A DNA stretch of 64,000 bases from an uncultured Anaerolineaceae bacterium (lineage in GTDB: Bacteria; Chloroflexota; Anaerolineae; Anaerolineales; Villigracilaceae), in NCBI GenBank assembly GCA_964387495.1, contig CAYLXB010000003.1, forward strand, positions 6,914 through 70,913, in the 5' to 3' direction. The notes below the pieces were generated by a model that worked only from the letters and a program-made list of their open reading frames with translations, was not told the DNA's origin and made no database searches. This document shows, one piece after another, positions 16,913 through 26,347 of this stretch (position 1 is the stretch's first letter; the number at the start of each line of letters is the position of its first letter). Both the position numbers and the translations under genes were made by a program.

Positions 16913-17809
16913 ATGCAAAGATTTTTGAAGGATAAGGATCGCTATCTTTCTGTTGTGCTGATTTCACCTTCCATTCTGGCCGTCTTTATTTTCATCTATT
17001 CGTTTATTGGGTGGTCCCTGCGTGTCTCTTTGAGCAAGTGGAAAGGTCTCAATCCTGATTACACCTGGAACGGGCTCAAAAACTATATTGATTTATTCTC
17101 CGACCCCCGCTTTGCGGTGGATGTGCGCAATACCCTGATCTTCACCGGTGTGTTCGTGGCTGGCAGTATCATCCTGGGTTTTCTCCTGGCCGTCATGCTG
17201 GACCAGGGGTTGAAGGGAGAAGGCTTTTTCCGCAGCCTTTTCCTGTTCCCGATGGCAATCTCATACATCGTGACCGGTGTGGTCTGGCGCTGGTTGATGA
17301 ACCCGGCCACCGGCACCCGCACGAGCGGTTTAAACCTGTTATTTTCCTATCTTCACCTTGATTTCCTGCAAAACACCTGGCATACAACCCCCACTTGGGG
17401 CATTGCAGCCATCGCCTTGGCGGCCATCTGGCAGATGTCGGGATATACGATGGCATTGTACCTGGCTGGCCTGCGGGCCATCCCGGTGGAGCTGCGCGAG
17501 GCAGCCCAGATCGATGGGGCCAGCGAATTCCAGATCTACCGCTACATCATGCTGCCCCTGCTTGCGCCGGTTACCCTGAGCGCGCTCATCATCCTCGGGC
17601 ATATGTCTTTGAAGGTGTTCGACCTGATCGTGGCTGTGGCAGGCAAGCAGCTGCCGCTGGATGTCCCCGCCATCTACATGTGGCAGACCACGTTCGACGG
17701 GTTGTTCTACGGCCGAGGCGCGGCCATCAGTATCCTGCTGTTGATCAGCGTGGCCGTGTTGATCGTCCCCTACATCTGGTATACCTTGAAGACGGAGACA
17801 CAACAATGA
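16913..17809 (+). CDS. ABC transporter permease (sugar, MalF/UgpA-like)
   Basis: The product has six TM segments and the EAA-like motif AAQIDGASEFQIYRYIMLPLLAP. Confidence 0.85.
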   Translation: MQRFLKDKDRYLSVVLISPSILAVFIFIYSFIGWSLRVSLSKWKGLNPDYTWNGLKNYIDLFSDPRFAVDVRNTLIFTGVFVAGSIILGFLLAVMLDQGLKGEGFFRSLFLFPMAISYIVTGVVWRWLMNPATGTRTSGLNLLFSYLHLDFLQNTWHTTPTWGIAAIALAAIWQMSGYTMALYLAGLRAIPVELREAAQIDGASEFQIYRYIMLPLLAPVTLSALIILGHMSLKVFDLIVAVAGKQLPLDVPAIYMWQTTFDGLFYGRGAAISILLLISVAVLIVPYIWYTLKTETQQ

Positions 17810-18624
17810 AAACACTCCGCCTGGGCAAGAATTGGTTGTACCTTCCGCTCGTCGCGATGGCGATCTTCTACCTCATCCCGCTGTACGTCATGCTGGTGAC
17901 GGGCTTCAAGAGTTTTGCCGAAGTGGACCTGAGAACCATGTGGAACCTGCCCAACGGCATCCACTTCGACAACTATATCGAGGCCTATGGCAAGCTGGCC
18001 CCTTCTTTGTGGAATAGCTTTGCCATGGTCATCCCGGCCACCCTGCTCTCCTCCGCGCTGGGTTCGCTGAACGGATTTATCCTGGCCAAGTGGAAATTTA
18101 AAGGGGCGGACATCATCTTCCCGCTCATCCTGTTCGGCATGTTCATTCCCTATCAAAGCATCCTGATCCCGCTGGTGCAGTTCATGAATGCGGTTGGGAT
18201 CAAAGGCCTGCCGGGGCTGGCCCTGGCGCACATCATCTACGGCATTCCGATCACCACACTTACTTTCCGAAACTATTATGCCAGCCTGCCGCAGGAACTG
18301 CTCGAAGCCGCCAAGATCGACGGCGCCGACATGCTGAAGATCTACCGTTACATCCTTCTGCCGATTTCCATCCCCAGTTTCGTGGTGGTGCTCATCTGGC
18401 AGTTTACCTCTGCCTGGAACGACTTCCTCTTCGCGGTGGTCCTGACGGGCAACAAGGCGTGGCCGATCACGGTGGCGCTCAACAACATGGCCGGCAGCCA
18501 GATCGTGGCCTGGAATGTGCAAATGGCCGGTTCCTTCATCACGGCCCTGCCGCCGCTGCTGATTTACATTTTCCTGGGCCGCTATTTCCTGCGTGGCCTG
18601 CTGGCCGGCTCCCTGAAGGGATAG
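17806..18624 (+). CDS. ABC transporter permease (sugar, MalG/UgpE-like)
   Basis: An ATGA overlap joins it to the upstream permease. It has the EAA motif EAAKIDGADMLKIYRYILLPIS. Confidence 0.85.
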   Translation: MKTLRLGKNWLYLPLVAMAIFYLIPLYVMLVTGFKSFAEVDLRTMWNLPNGIHFDNYIEAYGKLAPSLWNSFAMVIPATLLSSALGSLNGFILAKWKFKGADIIFPLILFGMFIPYQSILIPLVQFMNAVGIKGLPGLALAHIIYGIPITTLTFRNYYASLPQELLEAAKIDGADMLKIYRYILLPISIPSFVVVLIWQFTSAWNDFLFAVVLTGNKAWPITVALNNMAGSQIVAWNVQMAGSFITALPPLLIYIFLGRYFLRGLLAGSLKG

Positions 18625-18661
18625 CTCCCGGCCACTCGAACGGATGCCCTCTCACAGTTTT

Positions 18662-18700
18662 CGATCTCCTGCGTTTGAAGAGCGCGGGAGATCGTTTTTT
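18662..18700 (+). terminator. Rho-independent terminator after the ABC operon
   Basis: cgatctcctgcg-tttgaagag-cgcgggagatcg is followed by TTTTTT. Confidence 0.75.
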
Positions 18701-18766
18701 GAGCGGCCGAGTGCCGGGCACGTGCGGCTTGATGTATAATCTGCGCGCACCTTTTACCACTGGTTT

Positions 18767-20314
18767 TTGAAAAGAATCCTTCCTGTGTCCATGCAAAAAC
18801 AACCATCCAGAGATTCGTTTTTTCCGCCCTCCGGTTGGAAACTGGCTTTGATCGTGGTTTTCTTACTCGGTTTGGGGCTGGCCATCCGCGTTTATGACCT
18901 GACGGACCTGCCCCTGGATTTCCACGCCACGCGCCAGTTGTTCTCGGCCCTCAAGGCGCGCGGGATGTATTACGAGACGCTCCCCGGCATCCCGGAAAAA
19001 CAACGCGAGTTCGCCATCCAGCAGTGGGACAAGAAGGCGGCCATCGAACCGGAGGTGCTGGAGCGGCTGGCGGCTTTCACGTATCGTTTTACCGGCGAGC
19101 AGCTCTGGGTGGCGCGGTTGTATTCGGCCCTGTTCTGGGTGGTCGGCGGGATATTCCTTTTCCTGCTGGCGCGCCGCCTGGTTTCGCCGGATGGCGCCCT
19201 GGCGGCCCTGGCATTTTACCTGTTCCTGCCCTACGCAGTTTTTGCGAGCCGCAGTTTCCAGCCTGACCCGCTGATGACGGTTCTCATCCTGGTCTTCTGG
19301 TGGGCGATGGACCGCTGGGGTGAGCGGCCCACCTGGAAGTGGACCGTGCTGGCCGGGCTGTTTGGCGGGCTGGCGGTATTCGTCAAGTTCGTGGCGGCGT
19401 TCTTTGTCGTTGGGGGCGCTCTGGGGGTCATCCTGGGCCGTTACAAGGTCAGGGAGGCCGTTCGAAATCCACGGCTCTGGGTACTGGCAGGGATCGGGGT
19501 ACTGCCCGGCGCGGTTTACCTCGGGTATGGGATTGCATCCGGCAACCTGGAACAGTATTTCGGGGGGCGTTTCGTCCCGGCCCTGCTGCTCGATCCGCTC
19601 AACTACTGGCGCTGGATGCGGCAAATCGAAATCGTCAGCGGTGTCTTTCCCCTGGTGCTGGGCCTGCTGGGGCTGTTCTTCGTCGAAAGCAAACCGGCGC
19701 GTGCTTTCCTGCTCGGCTTGTGGGGCACCTATTTCGTCTACGGCTTGTATTTCGATTATCACATCGCCAGCCATGATTATTACAGCCTGCCATTGGTGCC
19801 GGTCACGGCGCTTTCCCTGGCCGCCCTGGCGGACTGGGTGCTGGGCAGGCTGGCGCAGGTTACGGCCCCCTCCCGGGTGCGGTACCTGGCCGCCTCCGGC
19901 CTGATGCTCTTCGGCCTGGCGGTCAACCTGCTGGACATCCGCAGCCAGCTGGATGCCGTGGACTACCGGCCGCAGGCGGCTTACTGGGCCGGGATCAGCC
20001 GTGTGCTGGACGGGTATCCGACTGTGGCCCTGACGCAGGATTACGGGCAGCGGATGGTCTTCTGGGGCTGGCGTTCGCTCATCCACTGGCCGACTTCCGG
20101 GGATCTCTACTACCATACCGACATCCGCGAGGGCGGGCGCGCCTTTACGAAGCAATTCAATTCACTGACGAAGGACAAGCGCTTTTTCCTGGTGACCGAC
20201 CTGGAAGACCTGGAGCGCCAGCCGCTGCTCAAGGAATGGCTTTTCGACCATTATTCGATCTTTGCGCAGGATGAGGATTACCTGATCTTCGACCTGGAAG
20301 CCCCCTTGAAATAA
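18767..20314 (+). CDS. Membrane glycosyltransferase, GT39/ArnT/PMT-like
   Basis: The N-terminus is polytopic (IRVYDLTDLPLDFHATRQ, multiple TM segments) and the C-terminal domain is soluble. The architecture is that of dolichyl-phosphate-mannose protein mannosyltransferase-like enzymes. Confidence 0.6.
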   Translation: MKRILPVSMQKQPSRDSFFPPSGWKLALIVVFLLGLGLAIRVYDLTDLPLDFHATRQLFSALKARGMYYETLPGIPEKQREFAIQQWDKKAAIEPEVLERLAAFTYRFTGEQLWVARLYSALFWVVGGIFLFLLARRLVSPDGALAALAFYLFLPYAVFASRSFQPDPLMTVLILVFWWAMDRWGERPTWKWTVLAGLFGGLAVFVKFVAAFFVVGGALGVILGRYKVREAVRNPRLWVLAGIGVLPGAVYLGYGIASGNLEQYFGGRFVPALLLDPLNYWRWMRQIEIVSGVFPLVLGLLGLFFVESKPARAFLLGLWGTYFVYGLYFDYHIASHDYYSLPLVPVTALSLAALADWVLGRLAQVTAPSRVRYLAASGLMLFGLAVNLLDIRSQLDAVDYRPQAAYWAGISRVLDGYPTVALTQDYGQRMVFWGWRSLIHWPTSGDLYYHTDIREGGRAFTKQFNSLTKDKRFFLVTDLEDLERQPLLKEWLFDHYSIFAQDEDYLIFDLEAPLK

Positions 20315-20337
20315 CATCAGCCCTGACCGAGACGGTT

Positions 20338-21366
20338 TTATACCTTCGGCCAGTCCAGCAGCAACACCTCGGCCAGCAGGCGCGGGTTGACGTTGGATTC
20401 CAACTGCTGGATGGCTGTCTCCAGGTTGGCCACCACCCGGCGGCATGCGTTCAAATCGAAGCGGGCTGCCAGGTGCTCCGTCTCAGCCAGGCGGTCCACG
20501 TTGGCCAGCGGGGAATTTGCGCCGGAGGCGCGCAGCATGACATCCCGCCAGTAGGAGAGCCAGGTGAACAATGCCTGGCGCAGGGCTTCCTTGTCGCGGG
20601 CCAGTGATTCGGCATAGGCAAAGCGCTCGAAACGGCTGGCGGAGAGCAGCCTCTGCAGGTCGTTCAGGTGCCCGGTACGCTTTTCGAGCAGTTCGGGGTT
20701 CCCGGCCAGGCGCATGGCAAAGCCGGGCCGCCCGCCGGAGATGTGCGCCAGCAGGCGGGCCTGGGGGGGCTCGAGGCCGCGGGCCTGCAGGGCGGCGGCG
20801 GCTTCTTCCAGCGGCACGGCGCGCAGGCGCAGCACCTCGCAGCGCGAGACGATGGTCGGCAGCAGCTGTTCCGGATTGTCGGCGGTGAGGATGAGGACGG
20901 CATAGGCCGGGGCCTCTTCCAGCGTTTTGAGCAGGGCGTTGGCGGCGTTGGGGTTGGCTTCCTGGAAGCGCAGCAGCAGGGCCACGCGGTACCTGGCCTG
21001 GTAAGGCTTGAGCACCAGCGCCTGGCGCAGCTGGCGGATTTGCTCGACCTTGAGCGTGCCGCCTTCCGTCTCTGCCTGCACGATGGACAGGTCGGGGTGC
21101 TGCATGGCAAGGATGCCCCTGCAGTCCCGGCAGGTTCCACAGGCCTCGCCGGCGGCCGGCGGTTGGGTGCAGTTCAAGGCCCGGGCCAGGCGCAAAGCCA
21201 GGGTGCGGCGGCCCAGACCGGGAGGGCCGCTGAAGAGATAGGCATGGCGCAGCCTGTCATGGGCGATGTGCTGTTTCAGCATGTCCACCGCCCAGGTGTG
21301 GCCGATCAGCCCCCAATCTTTCTCCAGGACTGGTTCATTCTCTGCTGGCACTGAAGCGTTCATCAT
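20338..21366 (-). CDS. holB: DNA polymerase III subunit delta'
   Basis: HAYLFSGPPGLGRRTLALRLARALNC...CGTCRDC is an AAA+ clamp-loader signature with a zinc module. Confidence 0.85.
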   Translation of the reverse strand: MMNASVPAENEPVLEKDWGLIGHTWAVDMLKQHIAHDRLRHAYLFSGPPGLGRRTLALRLARALNCTQPPAAGEACGTCRDCRGILAMQHPDLSIVQAETEGGTLKVEQIRQLRQALVLKPYQARYRVALLLRFQEANPNAANALLKTLEEAPAYAVLILTADNPEQLLPTIVSRCEVLRLRAVPLEEAAAALQARGLEPPQARLLAHISGGRPGFAMRLAGNPELLEKRTGHLNDLQRLLSASRFERFAYAESLARDKEALRQALFTWLSYWRDVMLRASGANSPLANVDRLAETEHLAARFDLNACRRVVANLETAIQQLESNVNPRLLAEVLLLDWPKV

Positions 21367-22271
21367 TCCTCACCGGCCCGCAAACGCAGGTATGACTCGT
21401 ACCGTTCCCGGCGCACCCGGCCCTCCTGGACCGCGGCCTGCACCGCGCAGCCGGGTTCGTGCAGGTGGGTGCAGTCGCTGAACTGGCAGCCTGCTACCAG
21501 GGGGGCGATCTCCGGGAAATAGGCGTCGATCTCCTCCGGTTCCGTATCCCAGAGGGCCAGGGACCTCCAGCCGGGTGTATCGGCCACCCAGCCGCCGCCG
21601 GCCAGGGGAAACAACTGGCGCACCACGGTGGCATGGCGGCCCTTGTTGACCGCCTGGCTGACATCGCGCACCGCCAGTCCCAGCCCCGGCTGGACGGCAT
21701 TGAGCAGGCTGGATTTGCCGACCCCGCTCGGCCCGGCCAGGGCACTGGTCTTGCCGGTCAGCAGGCGGCGCAGTTCATCCACGCCTTCCCCGCCGCGGGC
21801 GGAGGCGTAGAGGACGGGATAACCGATCGGGACGTAATGCCCGAAAAGCGCCTCTGCCTGGCTGTGCCCGACCAGGTCGATTTTGTTGGCGACGATGACG
21901 GCCGGGACGCCCTGCTTTTCCGCAATGACCAGGAAACGGTCGAGCATGCGCAAATGCGGCGCCGGGTGGGCGCAGGCAAAGACGAAGACAGCCTGGTCGG
22001 GGTTGGCCAGCAGGATCTGGCGGTAGATCCCCTGCGGGCGCGGGTCGAGGCGGACGATCAGCCGCCGGCGCGGCTCGATTGCTTCGATCATCCCGCTCCC
22101 ATCCGGCAGGACGGTGAACGTGACGCGGTCCCCAACGGCGGCCAGGTCGGTCTCCCGGCGGCCCTGTTTGAGGCGCCCGCGCAGCTGGCAGACGACCTGG
22201 CAGTCCCCGGTCTGGACGACGAAGAAACCGGATTGCGCCCGGACGATCAAGCCAATTTGATCTTCATTCAT
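21363..22271 (-). CDS. rsgA: Ribosome small subunit-dependent GTPase A
   Basis: The product has an OB fold, a circularly permuted GTPase (VANKIDL...GPSGVGKSSLLN) and a C-terminal zinc-finger (CQFSDCTHLHEPGC). Confidence 0.85.
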   Translation of the reverse strand: MNEDQIGLIVRAQSGFFVVQTGDCQVVCQLRGRLKQGRRETDLAAVGDRVTFTVLPDGSGMIEAIEPRRRLIVRLDPRPQGIYRQILLANPDQAVFVFACAHPAPHLRMLDRFLVIAEKQGVPAVIVANKIDLVGHSQAEALFGHYVPIGYPVLYASARGGEGVDELRRLLTGKTSALAGPSGVGKSSLLNAVQPGLGLAVRDVSQAVNKGRHATVVRQLFPLAGGGWVADTPGWRSLALWDTEPEEIDAYFPEIAPLVAGCQFSDCTHLHEPGCAVQAAVQEGRVRRERYESYLRLRAGEE

Positions 22272-22356
22272 TGCACATCGGCGTACATCCCAAGTCAGGC
22301 GATAAGAGATGGAGACCCTGAAGGCTGCAGAGAACCTTCAGGGCCTGTGAGTCCTG

Positions 22357-24612
22357 TTACGGCTGGGGGGTCGGTGTTTCAGGCGGGCGGGGGACACCGA
22401 AGGAAGCCTCCCACCAGTAGAGGCTTTGCGGGCTGCCCATGAAGTACGATTCGAGCACCCGTTTGAAGACCGGGGCTGCCCAGTCCGAGCCTTCACCGGC
22501 ATTTTCCAGGATGACGGCAACGGCGATGTCCGGGACGCCCTCGATCTCGGCATAGGTGTAGCCGGCGAACCAGGCGTGCGGGTCGGCGCCTGTTTCAGCC
22601 GTGCCGGTCTTGCCGGCAGCGGGGATGCGCAGGCCGCGCAAACGGTAATTGGCCGTGCCGCGTTCGTTCTGGATGACCGATACCATCGTGTTTTGCAGCG
22701 TCTTCAGGTTTTCGGGGGTGAGCGGGAGTGTGCCGCGCGCCTCGGGCTTGAAGGCTGCAATCGGGTCGCTGCCCACCGGCTGGATGCGCTCGACCAGCTG
22801 GGGCCGGTATAAGGTGCCGCCGTTGCCGACCGCGGCAACGAAGGTGGCAACCTGCAGGGGGGTGACCAGCACCGTGCCCTGGCCGATGGCGTTGTTGGTG
22901 GCGTCGATATCGTTGGCGGGGTCGATAATCGAGCCGCTGTTCTCCTCGATGCCGATGCCGGTCTGCTGGCCCAGGCCAAAAGCGCGGGCCATGTTACTGA
23001 TGTTGGTGGTGTGCCCGGCGCGATACATGCCCAGGCCGATGTGCCAGAACCAGGGGTTGCAGGAGCGCATCAGGCCTTCGGGCAGGGACAGGGTACCGCT
23101 GGGCTTGGTCCTGCATTCCTTGAGTTCCGGGTCCTCGCGCAGTTCGTCCTGGCAGTGCTCCCAGGTCCAATCGTACAGAGTACGGTCGGTCAGTTCTTTG
23201 AACTCATACTGGCAGTCGTAGGTCGAACTGGTTGTGTACAGCCCGCTTTCAAGGGCGCTGGAAAAGGTGATGATCTTGAATACCGAACCGAGCGGGTATT
23301 CGCCCTGCGTGGCCCGGTTGTAGAGGGGGCGGGCAGGGTCGTTCAGGATCTGGTTCAGCAGGTAACCGCTGTTGGGATTGGTCGGCGCAAACAGGTTGGC
23401 GTCGTATGTGGGCGAGGAGGCCATGGCGAGCACGCGGCCCGTATCGCGCTCCAGCACCACCACTGAACCGGTAAGCCCGGCAATGGCGTTTTCGACATCC
23501 TCCTGCAGGTCGCGGTCGATGGTCAGGTAGATCGAGGCGGCCGGCTGGGGATCGCTCTGGCCGAGGCGGGTGACCACGTTCCCGGCGGAATCGAGGACAT
23601 AAACCACGCCGCCATGTTTACCGGCCAGGTACTGCTCGCCCCACTTTTCCAGGCCGCTGTAGCCGATCTTTTCATCCCCGCAATATCCCCTGCGCTTATA
23701 TTGGGCCAATTCTTCGGCCGGGACTGTCAGTGCGTATCCAATCGTTTGCGGAGCCAGGCTGCCGAAATAATAGCGCGCCTGGTAGGGTGAGATCTGCAGG
23801 CCGGAATATTGGCTGAGGGAGCCATAGAGCGGTTCGGCATCGACCTTGGCTGCCTCGCCGACCGGGACGTACATTTCCAGGCCGTAACTGTTGACTGTCT
23901 GTTCGATCGTGTAAGATGGAATGCCGGTCAGGCGCTGCAGCAGGCCGTACAGGCTGTAGCGGGCCTTCTCGCCAAGCTGGCCGGGGATGATACCAAAGGC
24001 ATAGGCCTCGCTTTGGGTCACCAGGGGTTGGCCGTTGCGATCATAGATATCGCCGCGGGCCGGGGTGCGGCACTCGACGGCCAGTTTGTTACCGCCTGCC
24101 AGTTCGGGCAGGATCAGGCTGTCATCCCATTGGATATACCATTGTTCATCTTCCAGGCCCAGGCGGGCTACCATATCCCGCTGCAGGTCACCCAGCAGGG
24201 CGGTCTTATAGGTGATGCGGAAGGCCACTTGGGCTGTGTAGGCATTGGTGAGGGCTGAAAGTACCTCGTACTCCAGGCTGGAGAGACTCAGCGCTTCCGT
24301 GGTTTCCTGATAGCGCCTGGTAAAGTCTTCCTGGCTGATGCTTTCCCGGCTGACTTTGGAAAGCGCGGCATACATGCCGGGGTAGTCTTCGTTTTTCCAA
24401 GCTTCCAGGAAGACCTGCACCGCGGCCTGGGCATCCGGTGCGGAGCGGATGGTGACCGAGGGGGATGGCAGGGTGGCTGTGGGTTGGAGCCCCGGAATCA
24501 GGGGGATGGAACCGTCTCCTGAACCTGATGAGCAGGCCCCCAGCAGGGTCAGGAGCAGGGTGAGGCTGACGATAAAGAGGCGAGATTTCATTCCTTTTCC
24601 TTTTCTATCCAA
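22357..24612 (-). CDS. Penicillin-binding protein 2-type peptidoglycan D,D-transpeptidase
   Basis: The product carries the SVFK (SxxK), SCN (SxN) and KTGT motifs, and a lipoprotein-type signal (LLGACSSG). Confidence 0.85.
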   Translation of the reverse strand: MDRKGKGMKSRLFIVSLTLLLTLLGACSSGSGDGSIPLIPGLQPTATLPSPSVTIRSAPDAQAAVQVFLEAWKNEDYPGMYAALSKVSRESISQEDFTRRYQETTEALSLSSLEYEVLSALTNAYTAQVAFRITYKTALLGDLQRDMVARLGLEDEQWYIQWDDSLILPELAGGNKLAVECRTPARGDIYDRNGQPLVTQSEAYAFGIIPGQLGEKARYSLYGLLQRLTGIPSYTIEQTVNSYGLEMYVPVGEAAKVDAEPLYGSLSQYSGLQISPYQARYYFGSLAPQTIGYALTVPAEELAQYKRRGYCGDEKIGYSGLEKWGEQYLAGKHGGVVYVLDSAGNVVTRLGQSDPQPAASIYLTIDRDLQEDVENAIAGLTGSVVVLERDTGRVLAMASSPTYDANLFAPTNPNSGYLLNQILNDPARPLYNRATQGEYPLGSVFKIITFSSALESGLYTTSSTYDCQYEFKELTDRTLYDWTWEHCQDELREDPELKECRTKPSGTLSLPEGLMRSCNPWFWHIGLGMYRAGHTTNISNMARAFGLGQQTGIGIEENSGSIIDPANDIDATNNAIGQGTVLVTPLQVATFVAAVGNGGTLYRPQLVERIQPVGSDPIAAFKPEARGTLPLTPENLKTLQNTMVSVIQNERGTANYRLRGLRIPAAGKTGTAETGADPHAWFAGYTYAEIEGVPDIAVAVILENAGEGSDWAAPVFKRVLESYFMGSPQSLYWWEASFGVPRPPETPTPQP

Positions 24613-24624
24613 CTCGTTCCAACG

Positions 24625-25296
24625 CTATCCAACCTGTTCGCCGCGCAGGATTGCCCGCGTAACAGGACATTGATATTTTAGTTCTGACTGGCAGGCAGCC
24701 GGCAAATCTGAGCCCGGGGTGATATTGACCTGGCGCAGGGTGCGCTCCAGGTGGCAGAGCGGCAGCCCCATCACACTGGCAAAACATCCCTGCAGGCGTT
24801 CCACCGGCTGAAAGTGCGGATGCTGGATCGCATAGGCACCCGCCTTGTCAAATGGGTCACCGGACAGAATATACGCGTCGATCTCTTCGTCTGTGTAGGC
24901 ACGCATGGGCACGTCCGTGATGCACAGGTCGGTGAGCATGCGTCCTTCCCGCGGCGCCAGGACGGCAATGCCGGTGTAGACCTGGTGTGTGCGCCCGCGC
25001 AGGCGCTTGAGCATGGATCCGGCTTCGGTGCCATCGGCAGGCTTGCCGAGGATGTCATCACCGTCCACAACGGTCGTATCGGCCGCAATGATGACCTGCC
25101 CGGGGGCAGCCTGCATGGCCGCGGCGCGGGACTTGGTCTCTGCCAGGCGCAGGACATAGGCTGCCGGCTTTTCTGCGGGGAGCCGGGTCTCATCCACATC
25201 GGCAGACAGTGCGGCAAACCCCCAACCACCGAGGGCAAGCAATTGCCTGCGGCGGGGTGAGTTGGATGCCAGCAGCAAAGTGGTTTTCTCAGACAC
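24625..25296 (-). CDS. maf: Maf-like nucleoside triphosphate pyrophosphatase
   Basis: LLLASNSPRRRQLL...IIAADTTVV matches Maf family motifs. Confidence 0.85.
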   Translation of the reverse strand: MSEKTTLLLASNSPRRRQLLALGGWGFAALSADVDETRLPAEKPAAYVLRLAETKSRAAAMQAAPGQVIIAADTTVVDGDDILGKPADGTEAGSMLKRLRGRTHQVYTGIAVLAPREGRMLTDLCITDVPMRAYTDEEIDAYILSGDPFDKAGAYAIQHPHFQPVERLQGCFASVMGLPLCHLERTLRQVNITPGSDLPAACQSELKYQCPVTRAILRGEQVG

Positions 25297-25382
25297 TCGC
25301 AGGATTCTAACACAGGAAGGGAACCCCTGTCACAAGGGAAATCCCCGCCGTCCTCTGGCAGGTTCCGGCGGGCGGATGTAAA

Positions 25383-25988
25383 ATGTCGAAACAACTTTTC
25401 GATCAGGAGGAAGAATTGAACGCACTCAAGGAACGCATCCTCCGGGATGGCAAATATCTTGGCAACGGCATTCTGAAAGTGGATGGGTTCATCAACCACC
25501 AGGTTGACCCTCTGCTGATGGATACCTGCGGGCAGGAACTGGCACGACGATTTGCAAATGTCGGCGCCACGAAAATCCTGACAGCGGAAATCTCCGGAAT
25601 TGCCCCGGCGGTGATGACTGCCAGGCATCTCAACCTGCCTGTCGTCTATGCCCGCAAGACCAAGCCGATTACCATGCCCGACCAGGTCTTCCTGACACTG
25701 GCACCCTCGCACACCAAGGGCCGCATGGTGGAGTTGATCGTCTCGCCGGAATATCTGGCGGGCGGCGAACGGGTGCTCATTATCGATGATTTCCTGGCCA
25801 GTGGTGCCACCATTCACGGCCTTGTGCGCCTGGCGCAGACTGCGGGAGCGATGATCGTGGGGATTGGAGCCCTGGTCGAGAAGTCCTTTGAGGGCGGCCG
25901 GGAAGCACTGGCTTACCTGGGAGTGCCGATCGAGTCGCTGGCCTGTATCCAATCCATGGACGGCGAAAAGATCACATTCGTTGAATGA
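25383..25988 (+). CDS. xpt: Xanthine phosphoribosyltransferase
   Basis: There is full-length similarity to Xpt, with the PRPP-binding loop VLIIDDFLASGAT. Confidence 0.85.
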   Translation: MSKQLFDQEEELNALKERILRDGKYLGNGILKVDGFINHQVDPLLMDTCGQELARRFANVGATKILTAEISGIAPAVMTARHLNLPVVYARKTKPITMPDQVFLTLAPSHTKGRMVELIVSPEYLAGGERVLIIDDFLASGATIHGLVRLAQTAGAMIVGIGALVEKSFEGGREALAYLGVPIESLACIQSMDGEKITFVE

Positions 25989-26347
25989 ACTTCCTTTCAA
26001 AGATCAATACCAGGCAGATCATTCGCTGGCTGTTTGTGCATATGAACTTTGCCCTTCCATTGAAGCGGTTGCGCGAGACGGACACCCTGCTGGCGTTCCA
26101 CCATCCCCGGCCCGCTTACCCGCTCCATATCCTCCTGGTTCCAAGGAAGGCGGTTGCCAGCCTGGCTGACCTTGACCCAACCGACACAGGCTTTCTCATG
26201 GACCTGTATTCCGTCGTCCAGGCCCTGGTAAACGAGTTTGGCCTGGAGGCAGGCGGGTACCGTTTGATCGTCAACGGTGGAAAATTCCAGGATTTTCCGC
26301 AGCTGCATTTCCACTTGATATCAGAAAGACCAGTCGATACCCAATGA
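25985..26347 (+). CDS. HIT-family protein
   Basis: The product has the HIT fold with HFHLI histidine triad remnants. It makes ATGA overlaps with both xpt and guaA. Confidence 0.65.
   Translation: MNFLSKINTRQIIRWLFVHMNFALPLKRLRETDTLLAFHHPRPAYPLHILLVPRKAVASLADLDPTDTGFLMDLYSVVQALVNEFGLEAGGYRLIVNGGKFQDFPQLHFHLISERPVDTQ

Noticed and set aside
18863-20155. 430-aa minus-strand ORF
   Set aside because: It is antisense to the GT39-like membrane protein gene. That gene has coherent TM topology on the + strand.
25296-25383. Possible purine riboswitch upstream of xpt
   Set aside because: The spacer is only 87 nt and lacks the conserved purine-aptamer junction and loop motifs. It is probably a plain divergent promoter region.
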